From contig CAXXVL010000002.1 in the NCBI GenBank assembly GCA_963667845.2, positions 1,280,001 to 1,344,000 of the forward strand: 64,000 bases of DNA, read 5' to 3'. This document shows positions 39,901 through 48,673 of the stretch, piece by piece. Below the pieces are notes generated by a model. That model saw nothing but the letters and a program-made list of their open reading frames with translations, was not told the origin of the DNA and made no database searches. Source of the stretch: Smithellaceae bacterium (lineage in GTDB: Bacteria; Desulfobacterota; Syntrophia; Syntrophales; Smithellaceae). Positions within the stretch are counted from its first letter, which is position 1. Each line of letters begins with the position of its first letter. Position numbers and translations under genes: made by a program.

Positions 39901-39954
39901 AGGCTGATAGGCTGTTGAATAGCCTGATAGACTGTAGGCTGTAGGCTGATAGCC
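39901..39954. repeat. Heptamer-like TAGGCTG cluster (left boundary of the island)
   Basis: aggctgataggctg...tagactgtaggctgtaggctgatag. Confidence 0.75.
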
Positions 39955-40107
39955 AAAAACCGAAACTGAAAATTAATTAGGCAAGAAAAAGAGCCTTATC
40001 GTCCGTCCGGTGGCAAGGCTCCTGATGATGGGTGTAAGGTGTTGTGAAAAATTCAGCCGGAGCACGGCAGGCGTTGCGATCGGCTGTATTGTTTTTTCGG
40101 ATAAGTC

Positions 40108-40133
40108 GTCATTCCCGCGCAGGCGGGAATCCA
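40108..40133. repeat. REP-like palindrome GTCATTCCCGCGCAGGCGGGAATCCA
   Basis: ATTCCCGC/GCGGGAAT hairpin of the widespread dRS3/REP type. Confidence 0.7.
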
Positions 40134-40210
40134 AAATTTTAATGTAATCTTATTGTCTATCTGGAAAATGGATCTGTTATTAATTGTGAGAAAGAGAATT
40201 CTCAGGGGAG

Positions 40211-40385
40211 GCAGTTACACCGAGGCGTGCCTTTGCTCAATGCCTTCAACTATAGCGCTACGCTCATTACCCGACAGCCGAAAACTCGCCTTCGGCTCAA
40301 ACAGTTCGGCTGTCTTATGCTCCATTTCGCCGAGCGCCACAACGTTTCAGGCATAATTCGCTAAGCCACACCCCGCTGCAACTGC
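40211..40385 (-). other. Long imperfect nested hairpin (structured ssDNA/RNA element)
   Basis: Nested arms GCAGTTACACCGAGGCGTG/CACACCCCGCTGCAACTGC, ATGCC/GGCAT, GCGCT/AGCGC and GACAGCCGA/TCGGCTGTC. Confidence 0.6.
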
Positions 40386-40432
40386 GGATTTATCGAGATT
40401 CTTAAATACTTGAGGGCGTCCCTGATCCCCCC

Positions 40433-40447
40433 TTGCTTTTGTTAGAG
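40433..40447 (-). mobile_element. Truncated attC (R'' box and spacer only)
   Basis: Minus strand reads CTCTAAC-AAAAGCAA 6 nt after the ORF stop; nearly complementary to the cassette-start GTTGGAG. Confidence 0.55.
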
Positions 40448-40453
40448 AATATT

Positions 40454-40975
40454 TTAACTTTTGAATGGTAATTCTTGTATGAACCATTTCAAACGCTCTT
40501 CAGCAACTTTTGCTTTTTCTTTGTTGGTAAACAAATTTACTAAAAATTGATCTATTCCTTTATAAAAAGATTCAGCGAGTGCCGGTATAGAAACCATAAC
40601 TAATTTATCATTTACTGCCGGATTAAATCTTATTTCAGGGACAGCTTCGGACATATAACCGACCATCCTGCATCTACCATCACGGCTCATTTTGGAAACA
40701 ACGCCATATGTATGTAACATAGCACATCTTGCGCCATACAAATCAGAGCCGGTTATTTGTTCTGTGCAAGGAAATTTAATATAGCGGTCAACCCAATCTA
40801 TAAAGTCAGTTTTGGTCACATCTTTTTGTGATGCAGGCATATTAAGAAATGCCATAGAATCAATTCCAGAAAGAATCAAAATTACCGCAGATCCATAGCA
40901 GTTATTTGCAACTGCTACCTTGATTCCTTCTTTTATGCCTCCATAGATTGCATTTGTTATCGGATCTCTTTCCAT
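40454..40975 (-). CDS. Gene-cassette ORF, HEPN-like protein
   Basis: AT-rich; lies between attC sites; helical with SAVILILSGID and an Rx4H motif (RCAMLH). Confidence 0.7.
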   Translation of the reverse strand: MERDPITNAIYGGIKEGIKVAVANNCYGSAVILILSGIDSMAFLNMPASQKDVTKTDFIDWVDRYIKFPCTEQITGSDLYGARCAMLHTYGVVSKMSRDGRCRMVGYMSEAVPEIRFNPAVNDKLVMVSIPALAESFYKGIDQFLVNLFTNKEKAKVAEERLKWFIQELPFKS

Positions 40976-40989
40976 TGTTTATTCCTTTA

Positions 40990-41045
40990 CTCCAACAACG
41001 AAATCACCCGGAGCGCAGCGATCGGGTGTATTGATTTTGTTGTAC
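40990..41045 (-). mobile_element. Integron attC site
   Basis: Minus strand GTACAAC-AAAAT-CAATACAC-CCGATCGCTGCGCTCCGG-GTGATTT-CGTT-GTTGGAG: R''/L''/L'/R' boxes with an extrahelical base, between two same-strand ORFs. Confidence 0.85.
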
Positions 41046-41055
41046 TATTAATTCT

Positions 41056-41337
41056 CTATTGAAGTTCACCTTTCTTAAATGCGAGCGCTAACCGAGAAAT
41101 GTAATCCTCTCCGCTTTCGAAAATAACATATCCTTGGATTTGGTCCCACGCCAAAGATGCAGTGAGGCCAGACAGCCAACCGTTTTGAGAACTACCTTCT
41201 ACGATTCTACCAGTTACAAACAGTTTGCCGTTTTGAAGTTCAAATGTTGGATTGTGGATCGTGGTATCATATTCAGAGTTTGCAAGGTAAAACAAAACTG
41301 CTTTGTCTTTGAAGTTTGGTGCTTTGTCAGGATGCAT
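41056..41337 (-). CDS. Gene-cassette ORF, hypothetical protein
   Basis: 93 aa, AT-rich; preceded by GTTATAC and an AAGGA RBS; followed by attC. Confidence 0.7.
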   Translation of the reverse strand: MHPDKAPNFKDKAVLFYLANSEYDTTIHNPTFELQNGKLFVTGRIVEGSSQNGWLSGLTASLAWDQIQGYVIFESGEDYISRLALAFKKGELQ

Positions 41338-41360
41338 GTTAGATTCCTTTTTAAGTTTTT

Positions 41361-41380
41361 GTATAACAATTAATATATGT
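41361..41380 (-). mobile_element. attI-like recombination point (TATATTAATT-GTTATAC)
   Basis: GTTATAC matches the complement of cassette 1's R'' (GTACAAC) at 6 of 7 positions; no attC hairpin lies upstream. Confidence 0.5.
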
Positions 41381-41572
41381 AATATGCAAAACCTGGTTTT
41401 TTGTACAAAATTTGTTTTTTGGAGATGATTTCAGCTAGCACAAAAAGTGTTTAAATATCAATTAAATATTAATTGTCGCTATCCATAATTGGTCTTTGTT
41501 ATCTGCAAATGCAGAAGTGGTTTTTTCCTTGGTTTTTGGCAGGTATCGTCAGAACTATTGATGGCCTTTTTT

Positions 41573-41606
41573 CCTATAGCCTAACAGCCTAAAGCCTAAT
41601 AGCCTG
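41573..41606. repeat. Heptamer-like CAGCCTA cluster (right boundary, inverted relative to 39901-39954)
   Basis: cctatagcctaacagcctaaagcctaatagcctg. Confidence 0.75.
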
Positions 41607-41676
41607 TTTTTCCTTGAGCAAAAACCGTCAGATAGACCAATTGACCAACTAGTCACTATAAATATCGTTTAAAAAA

Positions 41677-41734
41677 CATAGTCTGACTATGGAATGAAAT
41701 AATACTTGACAGTGCCACTATGGTAAGCTAGGTT
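41677..41734 (+). promoter_or_regulatory. Sigma70 promoter with an upstream palindrome (candidate TetR operator)
   Basis: CATAGTC-T-GACTATG at 41677-41691; TTGACA (41706), 17-bp spacer, TAGGTT (41729). Confidence 0.55.
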
Positions 41735-41760
41735 ATGGCCCAGTGAAAAAGGATGTCTTT

Positions 41761-42495
41761 ATGACGGACCACGTTCGAGCAAAAACCAGGAAAGATCGCA
41801 TTATGGATGCGGCCCTGCGCATTTTCGCCGAAAAGAGTTTTCAGGAAGCGACTATCTCCGAAATCAGCAAGGAGGCCGGTGTTTCCGAAGCCACCATTTA
41901 CGAATACTTCGGCACCAAAGAAGACCTTCTGTTTGCCATTCCCGAAAAAATTTCCAATGACACGTTTGAAGAATCGGAAGCGGTTCTGCCCTATATCAAG
42001 GATGTGGAAGGCCGGATGCGCGCCGTTCTTTTGAGTTATGTCCGGCTTTATGAGAATAACCCCCACTATTCCGCGCTGGTTTTACTTCAACTCATGTCCA
42101 ACAAACGTTTCCGGCAAACTGCGGCGCATGAAGCCATCCGTCGTTCGGCGCATCGGCTGCTCGATTGCATTCGCGACGGAATTGCCAACGGAACATTCCG
42201 TTCTGATGCTGATGCTTACCTGATCCGCTCCCTGCTGATGGGCACCATTGAACACATCTTTATCCACTGGCACATGCAGGGGATGCCCAAACGTGAAAGA
42301 AGCATGATGGACATGCTCGACCCGTTTATGGAAATCGTCCTGTCCGGGATCCGCGCCAGGAAGCAGGAGGAAGGGCTCACCCTGCACTTGAAATTCGAAG
42401 ACGCCCAGGCACTGGGGCAACTTTTTCTCGATCAGGAGAAGCCGCGGCCGCAGCTAAAGACCAAAAAAAAGATAAAGAAACTTACCAATAACTAA
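41761..42495 (+). CDS. TetR/AcrR-family transcriptional regulator
   Basis: RIMDAALRIFAEKSF..ATISEISKEAGVSEATIYEYFGTKEDL HTH. Confidence 0.92.
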   Translation: MTDHVRAKTRKDRIMDAALRIFAEKSFQEATISEISKEAGVSEATIYEYFGTKEDLLFAIPEKISNDTFEESEAVLPYIKDVEGRMRAVLLSYVRLYENNPHYSALVLLQLMSNKRFRQTAAHEAIRRSAHRLLDCIRDGIANGTFRSDADAYLIRSLLMGTIEHIFIHWHMQGMPKRERSMMDMLDPFMEIVLSGIRARKQEEGLTLHLKFEDAQALGQLFLDQEKPRPQLKTKKKIKKLTNN

Positions 42496-42527
42496 AGGAT
42501 ATACAAAGAACGAAAGGAGTAGCACAA

Positions 42528-44027
42528 ATGAGAACAAAGCAAGATTACATTAAAGGCCTGTCCAAGATGAAACGGAACCTTTATTACGATGGGCAATTGA
42601 TCGACCGTGACGACGAGCTGCAGATGGACTGTCTCAATACCATCGGCACCACCTACGATGAAGCGGCCAAACCCGAAAACCAGAATCTGTGCACGGCGAT
42701 CTCTCACCTGACCGGCGAGCGGATCAACCGCTATACGCACATCCACCAGAACACGGACGACCTGCACAAGAAACAGGACATGACCCGTATGCTCTGTCAG
42801 AAGGTCGGCGGCTGCATTCAGCGCTGCATGGGCATTGACGGCACGAACTCCATTTACAATGTTTCCTATGAGGCCGACAAGATGAATAACGGCGCCACCC
42901 AGTATCATGAGAACTTCAAGAAGTGGCTGACCCGTTTCCAGACGGAAGATTTGATCGGCTGCTGCGCCCAGACCGACACCAAGGGCGACCGGATGCTGCG
43001 TCCGGCGGACCAGCCCAATCCCGGTTCCTATGTGCGTATTAAAGAGCGGACCAAGGACGGCATTATTGTCGAAGGCTGCAAGGTTCATATTTCCGAAGCC
43101 TCCGTGGCGGACGAAGTTCTGGTAGTCCCCACCCGCGCGCTGCGTAAAGAAGACAAAGACTATGCCGTAGCTTTTGCCGTACCGGGAGACTGGGACGGCC
43201 TCAAGCAGGTGGTTACGATTCACAACCTGCGTCCCCGTGAGCATTACAAACGCGGCTTTGTTCCGGGCTCGACGGACTCCTACATGATTTTTGACAACTG
43301 TTTCGTGCCCTGGGAAAGAGTTTTCCTGGCCGGCGAATACCAGCACGGCGGCGCCTGCGCGCTGCTGTTTGCCCTGTTCCATCGCCACTCCTACTCCGGC
43401 TGCAAACCGGCCATCGGCGACATGATCCTGGGATCAGCGGCTCTCGCTGCCGAAGTGAACAACATTCACAAGGAATCGCATGTTCGCGAGAAACTGGCCG
43501 AGATCATCATGACCATTGAACTGGGCTACGCGGCCGGTTATACCGCCTCCGATCTGGGCAAGCCCGAAGTCTATATGCCCGGCGTCGGCTTTGTTCCCTA
43601 CGGACCCGGTTCCTACATTCCGCATTCCATTTACTGCAACGTCGGCCGCTGCCTGTCCGGTGAAGCAGTCTGGAGAGAAGCGGAGATCCTTTGCGACATC
43701 TCCGGCGGCGTCACGGCAACCTTCCCGCATGAGAAGGATTTTGCCAATCCGGCAACCGGCGAGGCGCTTTTGAAATACACGAAGCGCAATCCCAATATGC
43801 CGGCCGAAGATCAGGCCAACTTCTGGAGATACCTTGGTGATATGCTCTGTTCGGCTACCGGCGGCATCATGAACGTGGGCAACTACCACGGCGGCGGCTC
43901 TCCGATCATGGAGCAGATTGCCATCACGACCCAGTACGACATTGAATCCCGCAAGAAGCTGGTGAAGTATATTGCCGGCATGAGCGGCGGCGACAGGGAA
44001 GCATTGGCTCCCAAGAAAGCAAAGTAA
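42528..44027 (+). CDS. 4-hydroxybutyryl-CoA dehydratase/vinylacetyl-CoA isomerase (AbfD/HpaB family), copy 1
   Basis: CIQRC and HRHSYSGCK match the Cys/Cys/His/Cys [4Fe-4S] ligand pattern of AbfD; AQTDTKGDR, VPWERVF and HGGGSP motifs. Confidence 0.8.
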   Translation: MRTKQDYIKGLSKMKRNLYYDGQLIDRDDELQMDCLNTIGTTYDEAAKPENQNLCTAISHLTGERINRYTHIHQNTDDLHKKQDMTRMLCQKVGGCIQRCMGIDGTNSIYNVSYEADKMNNGATQYHENFKKWLTRFQTEDLIGCCAQTDTKGDRMLRPADQPNPGSYVRIKERTKDGIIVEGCKVHISEASVADEVLVVPTRALRKEDKDYAVAFAVPGDWDGLKQVVTIHNLRPREHYKRGFVPGSTDSYMIFDNCFVPWERVFLAGEYQHGGACALLFALFHRHSYSGCKPAIGDMILGSAALAAEVNNIHKESHVREKLAEIIMTIELGYAAGYTASDLGKPEVYMPGVGFVPYGPGSYIPHSIYCNVGRCLSGEAVWREAEILCDISGGVTATFPHEKDFANPATGEALLKYTKRNPNMPAEDQANFWRYLGDMLCSATGGIMNVGNYHGGGSPIMEQIAITTQYDIESRKKLVKYIAGMSGGDREALAPKKAK

Positions 44028-44040
44028 GCTTAACAAGAAG

Positions 44041-44067
44041 AAGAGGCCTGAATAGCCAGGCCTCTTT
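44041..44067 (+). terminator. Hairpin between the two paralogs
   Basis: AAGAGGCCTG-aatagc-CAGGCCTCTT-T. Confidence 0.5.
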
Positions 44068-44101
44068 AAGTATCGAATCTTTTAATAGAAAGGATGACGA
44101 C

Positions 44102-45604
44102 ATGAGAACAAAGCAGGATTACATTAAAGGCCTCTCCAAAATGAAACGGAACATTTATTTTGATGGGCAGCTAATCGACCGTGACGATGAATTGCAGATG
44201 GATTGTCTTAATGTTATCGGGACAACCTATGACGAAGCGGCCAAACCCGAAAACCAGGAACTGTGCACAGCCATCTCTCACCTGACCGGCGAGCGGATCA
44301 ACCGCTATACGCACATCCACCAGAACACGGACGATCTGCACAAGAAACAGGACATGACCCGCATGCTCTGCCAGAAGGTCGGCGGCTGCATTCAGCGCTG
44401 CATGGGCATCGACGGCACGAACGCCATTTACAATGTGTCCTATGAAGCGGACAAGTTAAACAACGGCGCCACCCAGTATCACGAGAATTTCAAGAAGTGG
44501 CTGACCCGTTTCCAGACGGAAGATTTGATCGGCTGCTGCGCGCAGACCGATACCAAGGGCGACCGGATGCTGCGTCCCGCGGACCAGCCCAATCCCGGTT
44601 CCTATGTGCATATTAAAGAGCGGACCAAGGACGGCATTATTGTCGAAGGCTGCAAGGTTCATATTTCCGAAGCCTCCGTGGCGGACGAAGTTCTGGTAGT
44701 CCCCACCCGCGCGCTGCGTAAAGAAGACAAAGACTTCGCCGTGGCGTTTGCCGTACCGGGCGACTGGGATGGCCTCAAGCAGGTGACGACGATTCACAAC
44801 CTGCGTCCCCGTGAGCATTACAAACGCGGCTTTATGCCGGGTGCGACCGATTCTTACATGATCTTTGAGAATTGTTTTGTTCCGTGGGAAAGAGTTTTCC
44901 TGGCCGGCGAATATCAGCACGGCGGCGCCTGCGCGCTGCTGTTTGCCCTGTTCCATCGCCACTCCTACTCCGGCTGCAAACCGGCGATCGGCGATGTCCT
45001 TCTGGGAACAGCCGCTCTGGCAGCTGAGGTGAACAACATTCACAAGGAATCGCATGTTCGCGAGAAACTGGCCGAGCTCATTATGGTCATCGAGCTGGGT
45101 TATGCCGCGGGCTACACGGCTTCGTCCCTGGGCAAGCCCGAAGTTTATATCCCCGGCGTCGGCTTTGTTCCCTACGGACCCGGTTCCTATATTCCGAATT
45201 CCATTTACTGCAACGTCGGCCGCTGCCTGTCCGGCGAGGCGGTCTTCCGCGAGGCCGAAATTCTCTGCGACATCTCCGGCGGCGTCACGGCAACCTTCCC
45301 GCATGAGAAAGATTTTGCCAATCCGGCAACCGGCGAAGCGCTCCTGAAATACACGAAGCGCAATCCCAATATGCCGGCTGAAGATCAGGCGCAGTTCTGG
45401 CGTTATCTGGGAGATCACCTGTGCTCCGCAACAGGCGGTATCATGAACGTGGGCAACTACCACGGCGGCGGCTCTCCGATCATGGAGCAGATTGCCATCA
45501 CGACCCAGTACGACATCGAATCCCGCAAGAAGCTGGTGAAGTACATTGCCGGCATGAGCGGCGGCGACCGTGAAGCACTGGCGCCCAAAAAAGCCAAAAA
45601 GTAG
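44102..45604 (+). CDS. AbfD/HpaB-family dehydratase, copy 2
   Basis: About 23 substitutions versus copy 1 by manual comparison; same motifs. Confidence 0.8.
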   Translation: MRTKQDYIKGLSKMKRNIYFDGQLIDRDDELQMDCLNVIGTTYDEAAKPENQELCTAISHLTGERINRYTHIHQNTDDLHKKQDMTRMLCQKVGGCIQRCMGIDGTNAIYNVSYEADKLNNGATQYHENFKKWLTRFQTEDLIGCCAQTDTKGDRMLRPADQPNPGSYVHIKERTKDGIIVEGCKVHISEASVADEVLVVPTRALRKEDKDFAVAFAVPGDWDGLKQVTTIHNLRPREHYKRGFMPGATDSYMIFENCFVPWERVFLAGEYQHGGACALLFALFHRHSYSGCKPAIGDVLLGTAALAAEVNNIHKESHVREKLAELIMVIELGYAAGYTASSLGKPEVYIPGVGFVPYGPGSYIPNSIYCNVGRCLSGEAVFREAEILCDISGGVTATFPHEKDFANPATGEALLKYTKRNPNMPAEDQAQFWRYLGDHLCSATGGIMNVGNYHGGGSPIMEQIAITTQYDIESRKKLVKYIAGMSGGDREALAPKKAKK

Positions 45605-45617
45605 TTATGACATCATC

Positions 45618-45664
45618 CTCAGGCGTCCCGGGATTAAACCGGGGCGCCTGAGTTTCATTCTTTT
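45618..45664 (+). terminator. Rho-independent terminator candidate
   Basis: CTCAGGCGTCCCGG...CCGGGGCGCCTGAG followed by a T-rich tail. Confidence 0.6.
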
Positions 45665-45789
45665 ACAGCTTTGAAGATTCCTGCCGGATGGCCCGGAGGA
45701 ACGACAATCTTACCTGTGTAAAAAATGTCTTGCAATTTCAGCTTAAATTGTTTTTTTCTAACATCAAAAAATATAAAGGAGTCACTGCT

Positions 45790-46605
45790 ATGTTTGATCT
45801 TTCAAAGTTCTCGTTAAAGGGAAAAGTGGCGATCGTGACGGGCGGCAGCCGCGGCATCGGCCAGGCCATTGCCTATGGTTTTGCCAAAGCCGGCGCGAAG
45901 GTCGTCATTACCAGCCGCAAGGCACAGGACCTCGAAGCGACCGCGTGCGAAATGACGGCCATCGGTTGCGAAGTTCTGGTCGTGCCGGCGCATCTGGGCA
46001 AATTTGAGGAAATCCAGCGGGTGGTGGACACGGTTGTGAAGAAGTTCGGCCGGATCGACATTCTGGTCAACAATGCCGGCGCCAGCCCCGCGATGGGCTC
46101 GGTCCTCGATTCGGATGAGCGCCTCTGGGACACCATCATGAACCTTAACCTCAAGGGTGTCTATTTCATGAGTCAGGCTGTGGGGAAGGTCATGAAGAAA
46201 CAGGGCGGCGGTAAAATCATCAATGTCGCCTCGATCGACGGCGTCAATCCCGAACCTTTTGTCAGCGTCTATTCCATATCGAAAGCCGGCGTGCGTCAGC
46301 TTTCACGCGCCTTTGCCATGGAACTGGCCGGGATGAATATCCAGGTCAACGCGATTTTACCCGGTCCGATCAGCACGAAGATGATGAATTCGCACTGGGG
46401 GCACCTGTCTCCCGAAGAGGCGAAAAAAGAAAAGGAAGCCCTGGAGAAAATGCTGCCGACCGGCCGCATCGGTGACCCGGACGATATCGCCGGCGCCGCG
46501 CTTTACCTGGCGTCAGCGGCATCCGATTATACGACAGGCGCTGAAATCATCATTGACGGCGGCCTTCTGCTCGGCACGCATTTATCAGCCGGAGCGACGA
46601 CCTGA
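45790..46605 (+). CDS. SDR-family oxidoreductase
   Basis: TGGSRGIG, NNAG and YSISK motifs; ATG after AAGGAG. Confidence 0.9.
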   Translation: MFDLSKFSLKGKVAIVTGGSRGIGQAIAYGFAKAGAKVVITSRKAQDLEATACEMTAIGCEVLVVPAHLGKFEEIQRVVDTVVKKFGRIDILVNNAGASPAMGSVLDSDERLWDTIMNLNLKGVYFMSQAVGKVMKKQGGGKIINVASIDGVNPEPFVSVYSISKAGVRQLSRAFAMELAGMNIQVNAILPGPISTKMMNSHWGHLSPEEAKKEKEALEKMLPTGRIGDPDDIAGAALYLASAASDYTTGAEIIIDGGLLLGTHLSAGATT

Positions 46606-46709
46606 TCGTTCTTAAAAATTAAGCCCTGGCCGTCCTCCGCCATTGCGGAAGACGGCCAGGGTCCATTGACCACAACATTTTATCCGCCATTCAAATCAGG
46701 AGTCCTTCC

Positions 46710-48668
46710 ATGAAAACTTTGCAGCATTTGTTGTCCCCTATTAAGATCCGATCGCTGACCATTCCCAACCGGCTGGTGATGCCGCCGATGGGAACGGCTC
46801 TCGGCAATCCGGACTCGACGGTCAGCGACGCGAACCTGGCCTACATGAAGCGCCGGGCGCAAAGCGGTGTGGGTCTCGTTATTACGGAGATTACGTGCGT
46901 TCACCCGTCCGGCCTCGCGTCGCCTACGTCGCTGGGCGTCTGGGACGATAAGTTTATTCCGGGCCTGACGAAAATGGCCGACGCCATTCACGCCCAGGGC
47001 GCCAAAGCGGCTCTCCAGCTTCATCATACCGGACGGGAAAATTACGCCTTCCTCAAACAGAAGAAGGCCATCGGACCTTCGGCGATCCCCAGTTTTGTCT
47101 TTGGCTTCCTGGGAGCGCCCAGGGAGATGACGCTCGATGAAATTCATGAGATCATTGCCTCTTACGGAGCGGGCGCGAAGCGGGCCAAAGCCGCGGGTTT
47201 CGATATGATCGAACTGCACGGGGCGCACGGCTATCTGCTGATGCAGTTTTTGTCCGTGCATTCCAACCAGCGCAAAGACCAATACGGCGGCGACTTCAAA
47301 GGTCGCGCGCGCTTCATGATTGAATGCCTGCAGGCCGCGCGCAAGGAGGTCGGTTCCGATTTCCCCATCTCCATCCGGATCTCCGGCGAAGAATGCGTCA
47401 AGGGCGGCTACACCATCAGCGACATGCAGACGATCATTCCCGATCTCGTTTCGGCCGGTGCGGATATCATCGACGTGTCTTTCGGGACGCACGGTTCTGC
47501 GGACGTCAACATTGATACGCCCAATGCCAGCGCTCCCGTGGAATATGGACCGGGGTTCAAGTCGTTCCTGGCGCGCAAAGTGAAGGACGTCACCTCTGCT
47601 CCGGTCATCTCTGTCGGCCGTTACACCGACCCGTTTTTCATGGATGAGGTTATCGCGGCAGGCGATGCGGATATGATCGCCGTGGCCCGCCAGCATCTGG
47701 CCGATCCCGATTTTCTGAAAAATGCCATGGCCGGCCATCCTGAAGAAACGCTGGAATGTCTGGCCTGCAACCAGGGCTGTATCGAGCGTCTCGCTCTGGA
47801 GATGCAGCCGATCCGCTGCGCCATCAATCCGCAGACCGGACAGGAACTGCTCCGGCCGGAAGGCCCGGCAAAAAACAAGCAAACCGTATGGGTCGTGGGC
47901 GGAGGCCCTGCCGGACTCACGGCGGCATTGGAGGCCGCTCGCCTGGGACACCGGGTTACACTCTATGAACGTGAAAGCCGCACCGGCGGCAACGTGCGCT
48001 ACGCCGCGATGGCGCCGCATAAGGATGTTTATGACCGGTTTGTCCGGACGCTGACGCGGAAATGCGAAAAGCAGGGTGTGGATATCAAAACGGGCACGGA
48101 TGTCACCGAAGCCATGATCGAAAAAGGAAAGCCCGATGCCGTGATTCTGGCGATCGGTGCGGATAAAACCGCCTGCCCTGCGGAAGGCGTAAATGCTTCC
48201 GTCGTCTGCGACGCCTGGGAGGTATTGGACGGGTCCGTTAAACCGCAGGAGCCGGCTGTGGTTATCGGCGGCGGACTGGTGGGCCTGGAGACGGCTGATT
48301 ACATGAGAGAGAAAGGCATCAAGAACATTACGGTGGTCGAGATGCTGGCCAAGCCGCCCGTGCTGCCGCAGGCGGCGCACGGGCAGATGCTTTATCGCCG
48401 CCTGGCGGCGGCGGGCATCAAGCTGATGTTCGGGACCATAGTAAAGAAGATCGAAGAGAAAGCGGTGGTCATCGAAGTGAAAGGCGAAGAAAAACGGCTT
48501 GAACCGGTAGCCCAGGTGATCATTGCCATTGGCGTGACGCCCCGCAGTGCGTTCAAGGACATGCTGGCAAAGAAGGGCATCCGCCATTTTGTCGTGGGTG
48601 ACGCCGTTGCCCCCAGAAGAATTATTGAAGCGACGACGAGTGGCGCGAAGGCCGCCTGGGAGCTATAA
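46710..48668 (+). CDS. NADH:flavin oxidoreductase (old yellow enzyme + 4Fe-4S + FAD; FadH/BaiH-like)
   Basis: NRLVMPPM, ELHGAHGYL, CLACNQGC..CAIN and GGGPAGL motifs. Confidence 0.88.
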   Translation: MKTLQHLLSPIKIRSLTIPNRLVMPPMGTALGNPDSTVSDANLAYMKRRAQSGVGLVITEITCVHPSGLASPTSLGVWDDKFIPGLTKMADAIHAQGAKAALQLHHTGRENYAFLKQKKAIGPSAIPSFVFGFLGAPREMTLDEIHEIIASYGAGAKRAKAAGFDMIELHGAHGYLLMQFLSVHSNQRKDQYGGDFKGRARFMIECLQAARKEVGSDFPISIRISGEECVKGGYTISDMQTIIPDLVSAGADIIDVSFGTHGSADVNIDTPNASAPVEYGPGFKSFLARKVKDVTSAPVISVGRYTDPFFMDEVIAAGDADMIAVARQHLADPDFLKNAMAGHPEETLECLACNQGCIERLALEMQPIRCAINPQTGQELLRPEGPAKNKQTVWVVGGGPAGLTAALEAARLGHRVTLYERESRTGGNVRYAAMAPHKDVYDRFVRTLTRKCEKQGVDIKTGTDVTEAMIEKGKPDAVILAIGADKTACPAEGVNASVVCDAWEVLDGSVKPQEPAVVIGGGLVGLETADYMREKGIKNITVVEMLAKPPVLPQAAHGQMLYRRLAAAGIKLMFGTIVKKIEEKAVVIEVKGEEKRLEPVAQVIIAIGVTPRSAFKDMLAKKGIRHFVVGDAVAPRRIIEATTSGAKAAWEL

Positions 48669-48673
48669 AGAAA

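Noticed and set aside
39901..39954. CRISPR array
   Set aside because: Repeats are 7-8 nt with no spacers, and there are no cas genes in the window.
42528..45604. Annotation as aerobic 4-hydroxyphenylacetate 3-monooxygenase
   Set aside because: The retained Fe-S ligand pattern and anaerobic gene context favour the AbfD dehydratase branch.
46680..48587. 635-aa minus-strand ORF (also 22149-23402, 23747-24739, 42492-43388, 44456-45463)
   Set aside because: Antisense to well-supported genes; typical GC-rich shadow frames without recognisable motifs.
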